DNA of 63,877 nt, counting the filler, from Kipferlia bialata (Eukaryota), in the NCBI GenBank assembly GCA_003568945.1. It is 4 parts of 4 records of this genome, joined end to end, with 100 filler letters (N's around TTAATTAATTAA, not from the genome) between each part and the next. Parts side by side here need not be neighbours in the genome. Positions count along the whole stretch, not along the records: positions 22,399 to 44,691 come from BDIP01000298.1; 3 more parts are not named here. One strand, written 5' to 3'. The stretch's first letter is position 1; every line of letters begins with the position of its first letter. Below, one piece after another: positions 29,470 to 42,424 of this stretch. The notes under the pieces were generated by a model, which saw only the letters and a list, made by a program, of their open reading frames with translations, did not search any database and was not told where the DNA came from. The position numbers and the translations under genes are program-made.

Positions 29470-32400
29470 TTGTCTTACCCTAGGCCCAGCAGCGTTCCAG
29501 GCTCTTCAGACAGCAGGCCAGGGACAGGAACGCAGCCATCAAGGTGGGTCTCTCTCTTTCTCTTATCCAGCAGATTGCCCAAGGGCCATATCTATATATA
29601 TAATTGTGTATAGAAATGCAGCTATCAAGGTGGATAGATATCTGATATAGACCTAGGGAATCAGTTATCTCTTTCTCTCTCCCTCTCTCCCCCCTCTCTC
29701 CCACATTCTCTCTCTCTCCCATTCTCTATCTCCATCTTACCCTAAGGAGCTCTTCCCTATCTTCGCTGTGTCCTCAGACTCTCTCTCTCTCTCTCTCTAT
29801 CTCTCCCTCTCTTATATCTAGGAGCTCTTCCCCGACTTTGCCGAGTCCTCCGACTCCCGAGAGGCCAGGAAGAAGAGAGAGCTGGCACGGTTCAGAGAGG
29901 CCATCAAGGCGGAGAAGGTACACATGTATATTTACATCATGTGTGTATAGATAAACCGTTTACATGTCTTATGGGGCCTCGGTCAGCCCTAAAGCACTGG
30001 AGCTGGAGAGAACTCTATCCTGTATGTTCCTATATGTCAAATACTCTATCATATGTATGGTATTTGTATTGCGTATGTAGTATTTTCTTGAACACTCCCC
30101 CTCACCCCCAGACCCAGGAGCTGGAGAGACTGCACAAGGAGAGGCAGGAGGCATTTGCCCAGGTATAGTGATAATATATATGTATATATATATATATATA
30201 TATATCAGTATAGTAGTATAGTGTATAGTATGAGAGGCAGGAGGCATTTGCCCATGTAGCATATATATATAGAGAGTCTACTCTCTCTCTGTCTCCCTCT
30301 TACTCTTTAGGAGCAGCGCCACATGCACCAGGAGCTGTACAACACTAGTGCACAATAGTATAGTGTATTGGCATATTATCCTTTTCTCTCTCGGTCTTAC
30401 TCTTTAGGAGCAGCGCAACATGCACCAGATGTTTTTTTTTCTCTCTCTCCACATGCACCAGGAGCTGATCCAGATCCAGTCTGCATACGAGGCAGAGCAG
30501 GCCGCACAGAACCAGCAGGTATTATATATGTATAGATAGAAGGATAGATAGATAGAGAGATTGTATGCATGTGCTATCTATGTAATTATATATATATCCA
30601 GTCTGCATACGAGGCAGAGCAGGCAGCTCAGAACCAGCAGGTATTATACATACTATATATGAAAATACCAGCAGGTACAGTGTAGTGAAGAGTATACTTC
30701 ATATACATACACTACATACTCTTTTAATACCCTTACCTCAGGTCTCAGCAGCCGAGGCCAAGCTCACACACCAGCAGGGCAAGGTATGATACTGCTCCTA
30801 CGTTCTCTCTCCGTTAGTATATATCTATCCATTTTCAAAATGTTCACTATTTGTCTACATCTCTCTCTCTCTCTCTCCCTCTGGCCCCCTTTTACCTTAG
30901 GTCCTTGCCAGGCAGAGAGAGCAGCAGGAGAGGCAGCTCGACAATGCAGTCACCAAGGACCAGCGCCAGGTACATATACCATATACAATATCCAGTTACA
31001 ATGTACATGTACTATATAATGTATTTATAGAGAGACCAGCATGAGGTATACATATACTAATATGTAAAAATGTACATACATCTCTTGATATTGTTGACAA
31101 GGGACCAGCGTACCCATTCTCTCTCTCTCTCTCTCTCTCTGTATCTCTCCTTCTAGCCCCTTATGTCAGGCACTCCTCAGAGAGTTTGAGGCCAACACCA
31201 CCCAGCTAGAGTCTGCCCTGACCTCTGAGAGGGACAGACAGATGGCACAGTTGAATGCCAGGTATATATGTATATATATATGTATATATATATGTATATA
31301 CATGGTGAGAGAGAGAGTGTGAGTCTGCCCTGAGCTCTGAGGGGGACAGGCAGATGGCACAGCTCAATGCTAGGTACACTTTGGGTACTACTGAATATGC
31401 TATATGTGTATGGTGTAAATAGTTCCTTATATGCTGAGAACACTATTTCCTCTAAACTAGATGACATTTACTATTAATGTGTTACTGGAATACACTCATT
31501 CAAATATACATACCCAACCCTCACCTGTATATATATATATATATTTATATATTTATATATATATACCCACCCCTCACTCTAGGCTCCAGGCCAGGCGCGA
31601 TGCCAAGAGGAACGCCAAGATCAAGAAGGTTGGTGGAACACATTTGCAGATAGTCTCTCAGATTTCAAGACGCAACAAACTGTTCTCAAGAGGTGTTTTA
31701 TATGGTATGGAGTCACTTGACCTCACTCAAGTAGTATAATAGTATATTCTTATATACTTATTCTCTATCACTATCCCTCGAATACTTACCCCTAGGCCCA
31801 TGCCGAGATGAGCGACATTCTCAAGAATCATATAAGTATTCTCTTCTATTGTACGATGATTCTAACTTAACACTATATAGTATTCTAACCCCTAGGCCCA
31901 GGCCGAGATGGGCGACAGACTGAAGCAGCAGAGATTATATATGTATACATACATGTATTCAATTACATATATATATATATATATATATGCGAATATGTAT
32001 ATATATTTCGATTCTTATGCTAGGCCCAGGCCGAGATGGGCGACAGACTCAAGCAGCAGCGGGAGGCTGACCTGGAGAGAGAGAGGCAGGAGGAGAGGGA
32101 GAGGGAGGCCCAGCTTGATCTTGACGTCAGTGACACTGATAGCACAGCCCCAAACACGCCACTCAGGAGGTATATACATGTATAATCACTCAATACTAGT
32201 CTGTCTTAAGCATCTCACCCCAGCCGTGAGGGTCCCTCCAGCCGCATCCCCAACACACCCCACATCGGGGGACTGCCCAAGGTATAATCCGATATACTTA
32301 CATATATATGCGTGTATGTAAATATATGTCTACATATACATATCAATATGTCCCCAACACACCCCACATCCGAAGACTGCCCAAGGTAATGCAACTCATA

Positions 32401-32708
32401 TGTATCTTCATTACGTGTATCTCTTATATATCGTATGTTTCTGTCATTATTATGGCCCCTTATTCCAGAACCAGTTTGAGACCCCTGTCCCTCAGCGCAC
32501 TGCCACAGAGGGAGAGAGAGAGGACGATGAGTACAGTGCCTCTGAGCCATCCCTGGAGTCCGAGGATGAGGGTGAGTACAGTGAGGGAGAGGGAGAGGGA
32601 GAGGGTGTGTCCATGGACTCAGTCTCTCTTGATGCTCTGCTGGAGATGCTCAGTGAGCACCCCTTGTTCGCACAGCTGCTTGAGGTACTCAGGAAGGGAC
32701 AGGAATAG
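22563..32708 (+). CDS. Long multi-exon coiled-coil protein, 5'-partial, function unknown
   Basis: In-phase exons include SLSDTATDMASLAVLVDESG, MDPEQAERLMAMLGAVLAK, AQLAARRRRKEAQHKLALEE, LLEQRLAARRRRK and IELYEKKREAMFERFGRAISELFQG. The last exon ends EHPLFAQLLEVLRKGQE* (TAG at 32706-32708). Composition is E/Q/R/A/L-rich. Confidence 0.8.
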
Positions 32709-33118
32709 GCGCCCTTGGCCTGCGGAGCATGTTTTGTGTGATGGGTATTCTGTTTGTACAGATACCCTGTTAGTATTCAGTAATAGATTCAGTATTTAGG
32801 CTTTCCATCATCCCGTCCCTCTGTGGAATCTACGGTATGACTTCCAGTACACATTCTAGGCATAGTACACAGAAATTCTATGATAGAATAGCTTTTTAGT
32901 CTAGTCGTGAATATAAGAAACATCTAGTATGATGTGTTCAAGTTAGATATTCAGCGTATGATCTCACAGTCTACTTGATATATAGCAATTTCAAATTGAA
33001 TTTATGTTTGTTGCTGACTGTACTGTTTCAGCGATTGTGAAGAATATGCTGAAGAATCAACTCTTGAGAAGTGACTTCCCTGAAGTCACCCACATTAGTG
33101 AGTGACACCTCACCAACA

Positions 33119-36100
33119 TTACCCGCAGTCCCTGTCGATATCCAGGTAGAACACCTGGGCTTAGGGCTATAAAAATATAGATTATTGCGTAGAATACCAT
33201 TATTCTATATTCTATTCTATCTCTATATATATGAAGCCCTACCTGGGCTGGTGTGGCACTAAGCTTACACCCCATTATGCAAATCAGTGATTATATTTTA
33301 ACTATAGAATTACTCTTATTCTACATAGAATACGTATTATTCAATATAGAAGACGCATTATCTCTATATATATGAAGCCCTACCTGGACCGGGGTGGCAC
33401 TACACCCCTTATGCAAATCAGTTACTCTATTATAGAATTACTCTTATTCTATATATAGAATACGCATTATTCTATATAGAATACGCATTATCTCTATATA
33501 TATGAATCCCTACCTGGGCGGGGGTGGCACTGACCCACAGTGGGTACACTCCATCTCCCTCCATCAACTGTGGCCTCTTAACCAGTATGACGTCCCCCAG
33601 CCAGACCTGTGTCTCTCCGGTCACTGTGTCATATGCCTCATATCTGTGACATTAGTGACCGAAGAAAGGATACAGCATATATAGTATGTATCATACATAC
33701 TGTGTGTATGTATATGTCATAAGCTACATACACTGCAGGTTCCACTCTAGGGTTGGGCGCCGTGCTGCGTCGTTGCCGAACAATCATCCGACCCACTGGG
33801 ACGGCACCTGATGCATACTTTCCAGTGAAGCTGGTGAGAGTCTCCCCACTCCCAAATGACATGTGCTCTCTCCATCCGTTAGGGATACTGTACGTTGCCA
33901 ACAGTATGTTCCGGCAGAACACGTAAAAGACACCCTTCAGTACACACATTTGGTGGGTTACAACGTCACGGGATGATAGGAATGGGCCGGCCTCTCTCTT
34001 AGAGTCTGAAACGTAGCGCCAGGTGCCGGTAGCCAGATCGAGTGTATAGTGCACAATTACACTTCGACCGTCCCAAGCAGTACCCTCTCTGTGCTCCCCG
34101 AGGCTGTGGAGCTGGTCTTCTAGCACAAACAGTGGCTCCATCTGCTTTGTCCAGTCTGTCTCCCTCTCTCTCTTGCGTGCATGACTCTCCCCGTCTAGGG
34201 GCTCTTGTGGTGTGGGTGGGCATGGGGGTAGCTTTCTCCAAGTGTGTGTGTCGAGGGAGAGAATGTAACTCTGCCAGGGAGTGCCCCACTCATGCTTAAC
34301 TGGACACAGGGAGAGAATGATCTCACTCCCAACACGCAACACACGGTGCGCGGTCCCTACATATCTGCCCAAAGGTAGCACCATTCCGGGTGGCAGAGGG
34401 ATATACTCCCTACTGCGCTGAGACCTGGTGTCTCTGTCACCTGTTGGTAGGATCATAATAGTATAGTTAGAGTCTCTCACTTAGAGATACAGGATGAGTC
34501 ATAGTATAATACTTACATTTCTCTTCATATAACTGGTGTCTCTGTCACCTGTGGGTAGGCTTTCAAGTATTTAGATATAAGCATGTATTGAATGATATGA
34601 TCTAAGAATAGAATACTATTCTAGTCTATTATGAATCACTAAATCTCATCAACTATCTAAAAGCCTACCTGTAGGGGGCATGGTGATGACACATAGCATC
34701 GTTGCATCCGTTGAGCACCGTTCACTAATTCTGAATAGGCCCTGACCTGGGCCGAGTACGTAGAGTAGTTCTTCTCTGGTACAAGTAGGTTGTGGCACCT
34801 GTGGCACAAGTAGGCGGTGAAGCGACACATCTGGGAATGGGATACCTGATGTTGAGCTGAATAGATGTACACGTGCATTCACATACGCCAGAACATATTA
34901 CTGACACTTTTCGAAGTGTATCGAAGACTAATTCACGATACTTGTACATATCCGAGGGGAAGATTACCTTTGTGTAGTCTCATCATGACAGGGCACTTTG
35001 GGTGATGGCTATTAAGGGTGACAGTGTCTCCTCTCAGTCCCCGCTTTCGACTGAATCCTCGGAGCCTAATGGTCCCTCTCCTGGTGTCATGTCATAACAT
35101 AGATGTCACTTTTAACTGCAGAAGTATGTCTTTTCTATCTCACAGAGGAAAAGTCGACTTTGTGCTTGTGTATAGCAATTCGTCTTCGGTAGTACAGAAT
35201 CAGTACCTGCTGAAACCAATACTTACGCTTGCTCCTTCCCAGCAACAAGACATACACTCAATGGTACCAGCTATCGGTGAGAATTCACATATAACATACG
35301 ATATCCTATACCGATGTCTCTAACAATGTTATAGCTGAAGTTGACACCCCACTGAGAACTGCTACTTCACACATGATACACATCTGAATACCTCCCACGT
35401 TGTTGTGGATGGAGTCGTCACCGGTTACATCCCATGTGCCTCCTGTCAGCTGTGATAAGTACATAATTGGATAACATTAGATAGTATTAGATACCTAGGT
35501 AAATTAGATATAGCCATATGTGGAGCACATACTCACATTGGAACTAACATACTAATCAACGGCTTCGTACAATACAAGAACGCCGCAGTTCTACTATTCA
35601 ACTGGCTACAATACTCACCTCATCCATCCTCTCAAGTAGACTGTTCATACTCAAGAACTTCTCGTCCCAGAGAGACATGGGGATAAGAGAGCAGTGCTGG
35701 GAGCTCTGCTGAAGACAGGGGTCTGATACTGCATACAGACAGGAAGGGCTATGTTCGTATGAGGGTGGCCTACTGTAATTAGCATTCCGCATCAACTAGT
35801 ACACATAGACACACAATCATTTGTGGTTATACATACACATACACTACATGGTATATAAACCATATATATTAGCTTTACAGTCCTACCTGTCAGTATACCC
35901 ACTTTGGAACTGCCCCAATGTGTATCCGGCTGCAGTAGAGGAATACTCGACTCTGTCATTAGTAAACACCCATCAGTATACGATGGACACTAGTCAAATG
36001 TGTGTGAATCAAGAACATAGTGCATACATTTAGTTTGTAGTGTCTATATATGCGATGAATATATACAGCACTGTTGACTACAGCACGATGTGACTCACCA

Positions 36101-36642
36101 CCAATTGTTATAGGCAATATACAATACATACTTAGTTGTCCCTAAGAAGTATGCTCTATGCCGCCTCAGTCTCTATATAGAGCAGTAGTAGGTATACCGT
36201 GTATATGTCTATGTATAGGACTTGCCTACCTAACGTGTCTACAGCTACAGACAAGGACCTTGGGTCCTTCCTCAAGCTCTATTCTTCTGCTCCTGTAGAT
36301 CTCATTCTCATCTAATGAGTCATCGTCCCACTCACCACATGATTCAGCATTGACAGCGGCTACAGTGTTAGCAAGGTGGGTGATTAAATCCGCTAGTGTA
36401 TGGAAGGTCTCATCCCAGAAAGAGAAATAGATCTATATCAGAAGAATCACCATCTTCACTATATTCATTGTATACTATGTATATTCAAGTATACCTGTTA
36501 GATCTGCTAGTGTAGGGAAGGTCTCGTCCCACAGAGAGGCAGGGAGGCCAGAGAGGGCATGGGCTTCAGGTGGGATATGTAGAGCCGCAGCTCGGTTTGA
36601 CACCGGGCCAGGGTGCATTCTACTGACATGTGCAGGACCCAT
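33119..36642 (-). CDS. Multi-exon protein with a C-terminal kelch/galactose-oxidase-like beta-propeller region
   Basis: Likely ATG at 36642 (MGPAHVSRMHPG...SLWDETFPTLADLT). The long exon within ORF 33638-34480 has the motifs SYILSLDTHTWRKLPP, HYTLDLATGTWRYV and MCVLKGVFYVF. Terminal exons read YEAYDTVTGETQVW...SATPAQ|VFYLDIDRDCG*. Middle exons (35000-36200) were not fully resolved. Confidence 0.6.
33170..33530 (-). repeat. Tandem ~130-140 bp repeat, each unit being an exon 3' end + GT donor + intron start
   Basis: ACCTGG (donor on the minus strand) recurs at ~33241, 33382 and 33512 with similar flanks (TCTCTATATATATGAA.CCCTACCTGG; the spacers share ATGCAAATCAGT and TATAGAATTACTCTTATTCTA). 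Confidence 0.8.
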
Positions 36643-36980
36643 TGCCGACTACAAAGAGACAGTAAAGTGTTGAAATTGGCCAGCTCTTCTCTGTTGGATT
36701 CTGTTGAATGCTGATTGGGAGACTACTATTTTGAAGAGGAGGGATGCGAGGTTTGAAGTATTCGATAGCCTCTCAGTAAGGGCCCCTTACGACCCCTTTA
36801 CTGTAGACGGGTTGTAGATATCTAAATACAACAACTAACAACTGTAGTATAAACTGTAGTGATTCATCTATGGGCGGGAGGTCCCAAATACAATACAGTC
36901 TTTTTTACACATCAAAGGAGGGACACACTAGCCTAGCAATGTGACGCCACACTGTGAAGCGGCCTTTCATGTGCCTCTCT

Positions 36981-37018
<38 letters not shown>

Positions 37019-37022
37019 ACCC

Positions 37023-37297
37023 TTAATACTGACCGAGCTGCTCCATGGCACTGAGCCAACGACGGTGCACAAACTCCTCAACACCCCACCTGACATATTA
37101 GGAGTGTAACAGGGGAGTACATTAACAACTGAAAAGGAGAGAGATTATAGACAACGATACTAAGAGTATTACTCTTAGTATTGCAATAGGAGGAAACGGC
37201 TAGGTAACTCAAATACACAAACTATATAAATGTACTATGGAACTATATTCTTCCAGGTCGTATCAGAATATGGAGAAGGGGGAATGATGAGAAAGGG

Positions 37298-37329
<32 letters not shown>

Positions 37330-38887
37330 CAATTCCTGATGAGTGAGAGGTCTGAGAACAAAGAATAGAGACATATGGGACGTAGGAGAAAGGGTTAAGA
37401 GAGAGAGAGAGAGGAAGAGAGAGAGAGAGCATTACCTGATGAGGGTGAGGTCTGAGGTCTCACCGGTGACAGGGTCAGTGACAGTCCTAGAATTAGACAT
37501 ATACAGAGAGAGAGAGAGAGAGAGACAGAGACAGAGAGAGAGCAAAGGTGACATATGAGATACCTCACTAGGGGGTCTGTCATGGATGTGTCAAACTCAT
37601 CCATGGAGAAGCCATACACGAGGGGCCACCAGAGGTCCTAGGGGTGAGGGTATATACATATATATAGAGAAGAAGAGAGAGAGAGAGAGAGAAGCCATAC
37701 ATAAGGGGCCACCAGAGGTCCTAAAGGTATGAAATAGAATTGTCTCAATACGCACTTACTATACCAGACCCATATAGTGTATCAGTTTGTATCATGGCCA
37801 AGAAATACAGCACAATACGCCAAACCCATTCACCGTAGGTCCAGTAAATGAAACATCAACTCTACAAATACCTTGGCGATGTATGGTCTATAATATATAT
37901 ATACATATACTATTTATGGATTGTTCCATACCTTTGCGATGTAAGGTCTGACGAACTCGTGGATAGTGTCAGCTCTGAAGGATGAGAGGTACTGGTCAAG
38001 AGAGAGAACGACAGAGAGAGAGAAAGAGACTAATAGAGTGAGAGAGAGAGAGAAATCGATGGTCTGAGGGGGGAAGAGAGAGAGAGAGAGAGAGGGCACT
38101 AACCTGTTGAGGAAGGGTCCAAAGACTGACATGCCATTGTCAAGGACAGCAGTGAGGTAGCTGGGCGTTAGGATCATCATAGAGAGCGACCTGCGAAACT
38201 AGGCACCATACACATCGGCCAACCTTCACTATACCTGTCGAATGTTGCCTTGAGCTCTGGGTGCTGCCACACACACATATACAAAGAGTAAGGTAATATA
38301 CATATATAGTATAAAGAGTATATATACTATATATAGTACATAAAATGCAATATCCACCTGTCGAATGTTGCCTTGAGCTCCGGGTGCTGCCACACACACA
38401 TATACAAAGAGTAAGGTAATACACATATACTATATATAGAGTATATATACACTATATACAGTACATATACACAGTGTAATACCTGTCGAATGTAGCCTTG
38501 AGCTCTGGGTGCTGCCACACAGACACATAAAGAGAAAGACTATATACCACATATATATAGTATATATTATATAAAGAGTATATATACTATATATAATGCA
38601 TGTACCTGTCGAATGTTGCCTTGAGCTCTGGGTGCTGCCACATCATGTTGGCCATGGGTCTGGTACCTCCTGAGGTATTAGAGGAATATGTGTATACATA
38701 TAGAGAGAGAGACAGAGAGAGAGATAGTATGGATGCTGCCACATCATGTGGGCCATGGGCCTGGTGCCACCTAGGGTTATATATAAATATACATATATAT
38801 ATACATATATAAATATATATATAGAGAGAGAGAGAGAGTATGGGTGCCGCCACATTATGTTGGCCATGGGTCGGGTGCCACCTGGGG

Positions 38888-38932
<45 letters not shown>

Positions 38933-40599
38933 ATATTAGCCATGGGTGTGGTGCTTCCTGGTATCAGAGGCTCAAATATACACAATTAGTAATATATACA
39001 TATATAATGAGGGAGAGAGTAGAGGCAGTACCTAGTACGCTGCCTGCACTGAAGTCTGGGGTGCCCCACAGGTGCACATCTCTCTCTCTCTCTCTCTTTC
39101 TCTATCTGTCTATCTATATATATATACATGTACACACCTAGTACACTACCAGCAGCGAAGTCTGGGGTTCCCCACTCGTGCACATCCATCTCACTCCAGT
39201 CCACAAACCTGGGAAATAAGGGGGTAGGGAGAGAGAGAGAGAGAGAGTCCGGTGGTCCAACATAGATAAAAACAACTGTATCAAGACTATGACTCACTAT
39301 CGGTAGTATTTCTAAAGGCGCCAGCCATACATACACTTATCCGTACCATGTTGTGTCGTAGGGGAAGTTGATGGCGTTTCCGAAGGAGATGCTGGGGTTA
39401 GACTGGTGGCATACAAATGTAGAGATACGGATGAACTGATAGAGAGAGAGAGAGAGAGGTCCGAAGGAGATGCTGAGGTGAGAGATTGGGGGGATAACAC
39501 ATGTATATAGAGTAAGAACCAGAGAGAGAATGGGGTAGAGTGTAGCAACATAGTATAACTAGCAATATACATACACTCGGCAGTGTCTATATAATACCTA
39601 AAGTCAAAGGGCAGGTACTGATCCAGGTCCCTGTCGTGGTCATTGTACATGCGCCAGTTGTTGCCGTTGAAGCCATAACCATCAACCTATGGGGTTAAGA
39701 GAATATGAAGAGAGCAAGAGACAGAGAGATGACAGAATAACAGTAAGTAACAGAGAGTATACAGCCAGGTACTTTGATCTGAGCATGGGATGTATCCACT
39801 CTAATATGGACTATATACACATATATATCTGAGTATGCATACATAGTACCTGCGAGGTAACCACTTCCAATACCATGGCCCTGATGAAGCCATCGAGGTT
39901 GAATGCATCAGTCATATATACTATATATAGTATATNNNNNNNNNNNNNNNNNNNNNNNNNNNNNNNNNNNNNNNNNNNNNNNTAGTATATACACATATAT
40001 GTATAACTATTATATACATATACAGTACCTGAGAGGTTACAACCTCAAGCACCATTGCCCTGATGAAGCCATCGAGGTTGAATGCATCAGTCAAGGCATC
40101 GATGGAGTCACTGTCAGTGTATGTCTCATTGCAGAGTCTAAAGACAGTCACAAGATCTGGATATAAGGGTCTAGAGAGCGAAAGAGAGAGAGAGAGTCAC
40201 TGTCAGTGTATGTCTCATTGCAGAGCTTGAACACAGTCACAAGGTCTGGATATAAGGGTCTATTGAAAGAGAGAGAGAGAGAGATGCACTTACCCTCGTA
40301 GGGCTGGGGATCCAGGGTGGGGTCATCCTTGGACATCAGCTCGTAGACGTGCCAGTACTGGCCTGGTATAAGCATAAGAACAAGAGGGCGCGGGTTCGAT
40401 TCCCATTGCCGTATAAAAGGGTGGTAAGAGAGATAGAGAGAGACGTACGCATGTAGTAGTTCTCCATGTTGCGGTAGGTGTCGGTGTCATCGTCGATGTA
40501 CTGGGGTGAAAGGATGTAGGGGGGAGGAGAGAGAGAGAGAAAAACAATCTTTAGAATAGGATTCTTTCGAAAGAGGTGACGAGGGAGCGGAAGAAGGGA

Positions 40600-40632
<33 letters not shown>

Positions 40633-42375
40633 GATAGAGAGAGAGAGAGACTCGTACCTCCATGGATGCAGGTGCGTGTGTCTTGTAGGCGTTGCCCTTG
40701 TGGTTGCCATATCTAGAAGGTAAATAAGGGTGTAGATGGAGAGAAGGTACACAATCATTATCATATCCTTGTGGTTGCAATATCTAGAAAAAATGAAAAG
40801 GGTGTAGAGGTTGCAAAAGGGTCTAGAGGGCAAAAGAGGAGATAGCGGTAAAAGAGTACTAAATGGTTAGGGTCTAGAGGAAAAGTTACTGAGATAGTGA
40901 AACTAACAATGAACAATTATAGAATTATAGAAATAACAACAGAAAACAATTGTGATAATAGCAGCATCTGAAGGTATAAGGGGTATGGATTAGAAGTGAC
41001 TGTACGTACCTGCTCTTGTAGAAGTTCTTGTCCACTGGCTCCTGGGAGTGAGAAGAGAGTGCAAAGAGGCACAAAGAGTGAAAGATAGAGGAATATACGA
41101 TGCACTGAATCTTGATAGTTCTACGCACCTGATCTGCACCAGACCGTGGTTGACCTAAAACAACACCATCATATAGCACATAATGAAGTATCGATACACC
41201 ATACGTATATCAATACGCACCTGGATCTGGACCAGACCGTAGTAGACCTCGTTGATCCACAGACCGGCATAGGAAACACGGAGGGAGGGGATGGCTGGAC
41301 ATAAGGGTCTAGAGAGAGAGGGAGAGAGAGCGTTATGATGCAAAGACGTTAGGGTCATGGAGGGAGTTGTGATTGGAATGTAAGAAATGTATACTCACAT
41401 AGGCTCTCTGCGAGGTCGTATGACATTCTATCTCTGACGAGAGATGGGTCATCAGACTGGGCCTGGCACACAATCTGGTGTCAATAAAGGGTGTAGAAGG
41501 AGAGAGAGCGAGAGAGAAAGAGGGATGGGTCATCAGACGGGGCCTGGCACACAATCTTGTATTAATAAGGGTGTAGAAGGAGAGAGAGAGAGAGGGTAGG
41601 GGGTCATCACACTGGGCCTGACACACAATCTGGTGATAAATAGGGGTGTAGAAGGGAAAGAGAGAATGAGAGAGAAGGTCTTACCTTCTTGAGTCCGTAT
41701 GGCTGCTGTGTGTCGACGTACTCATCGAACTTGATGGTGAAGGACTTCTTGGCATTCATCCTGTCAATAAGGGGTTGGAATTTATACAAGATAATCTTTA
41801 CTGCATACACTCAGAAATGTACTAGTATATGGACATGAATACTCAGTAATTTGATGAAGGACTTCTTGGCACTCATCCTGTCAATTAGGGGTTGAAACAA
41901 GTGTCCACAATCAACTAGAGTATTCAAGCAATAAACAACATGGACTAAAGTATACCTCGTGGAGTATCCATGCAGCTTGATGGCCACCTGCAAAGTTATA
42001 CATATATACACATACATATATGCATATATGCATATATGCATATATCCCCATGTATATGTAGCCATATCCATACATATTCACCTCGTGGAGTATCCATGCA
42101 GCTTGATGGCCACGTTGTTGTACATACATACACACACATATATATACATATAGTATATCCAAATATATATATGTATATATATATATATGTATATATGTAT
42201 ACCTTGTGGAGTATATACATACAATATATAGTACATAGTATATAGTATATAGTGTATACATGTATATATATATATACCTTGTGGAGTATCCGTGCAGCTT
42301 GATGGCCACGTTGTTGAGTTCGAAGAAGACATTGCCGTTGTCGAAGGAGACACATGGGGTTAGTAATGTATATAC

Positions 42376-42424
<49 letters not shown>

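Noticed and set aside
38230..38650. Regularly spaced ~40-bp direct repeats resembling a CRISPR array (also 21300-21910)
   Set aside because: The repeats are exon-end copies with splice donors and the spacers are mutually similar microsatellite DNA. The context is eukaryotic and there are no cas genes.
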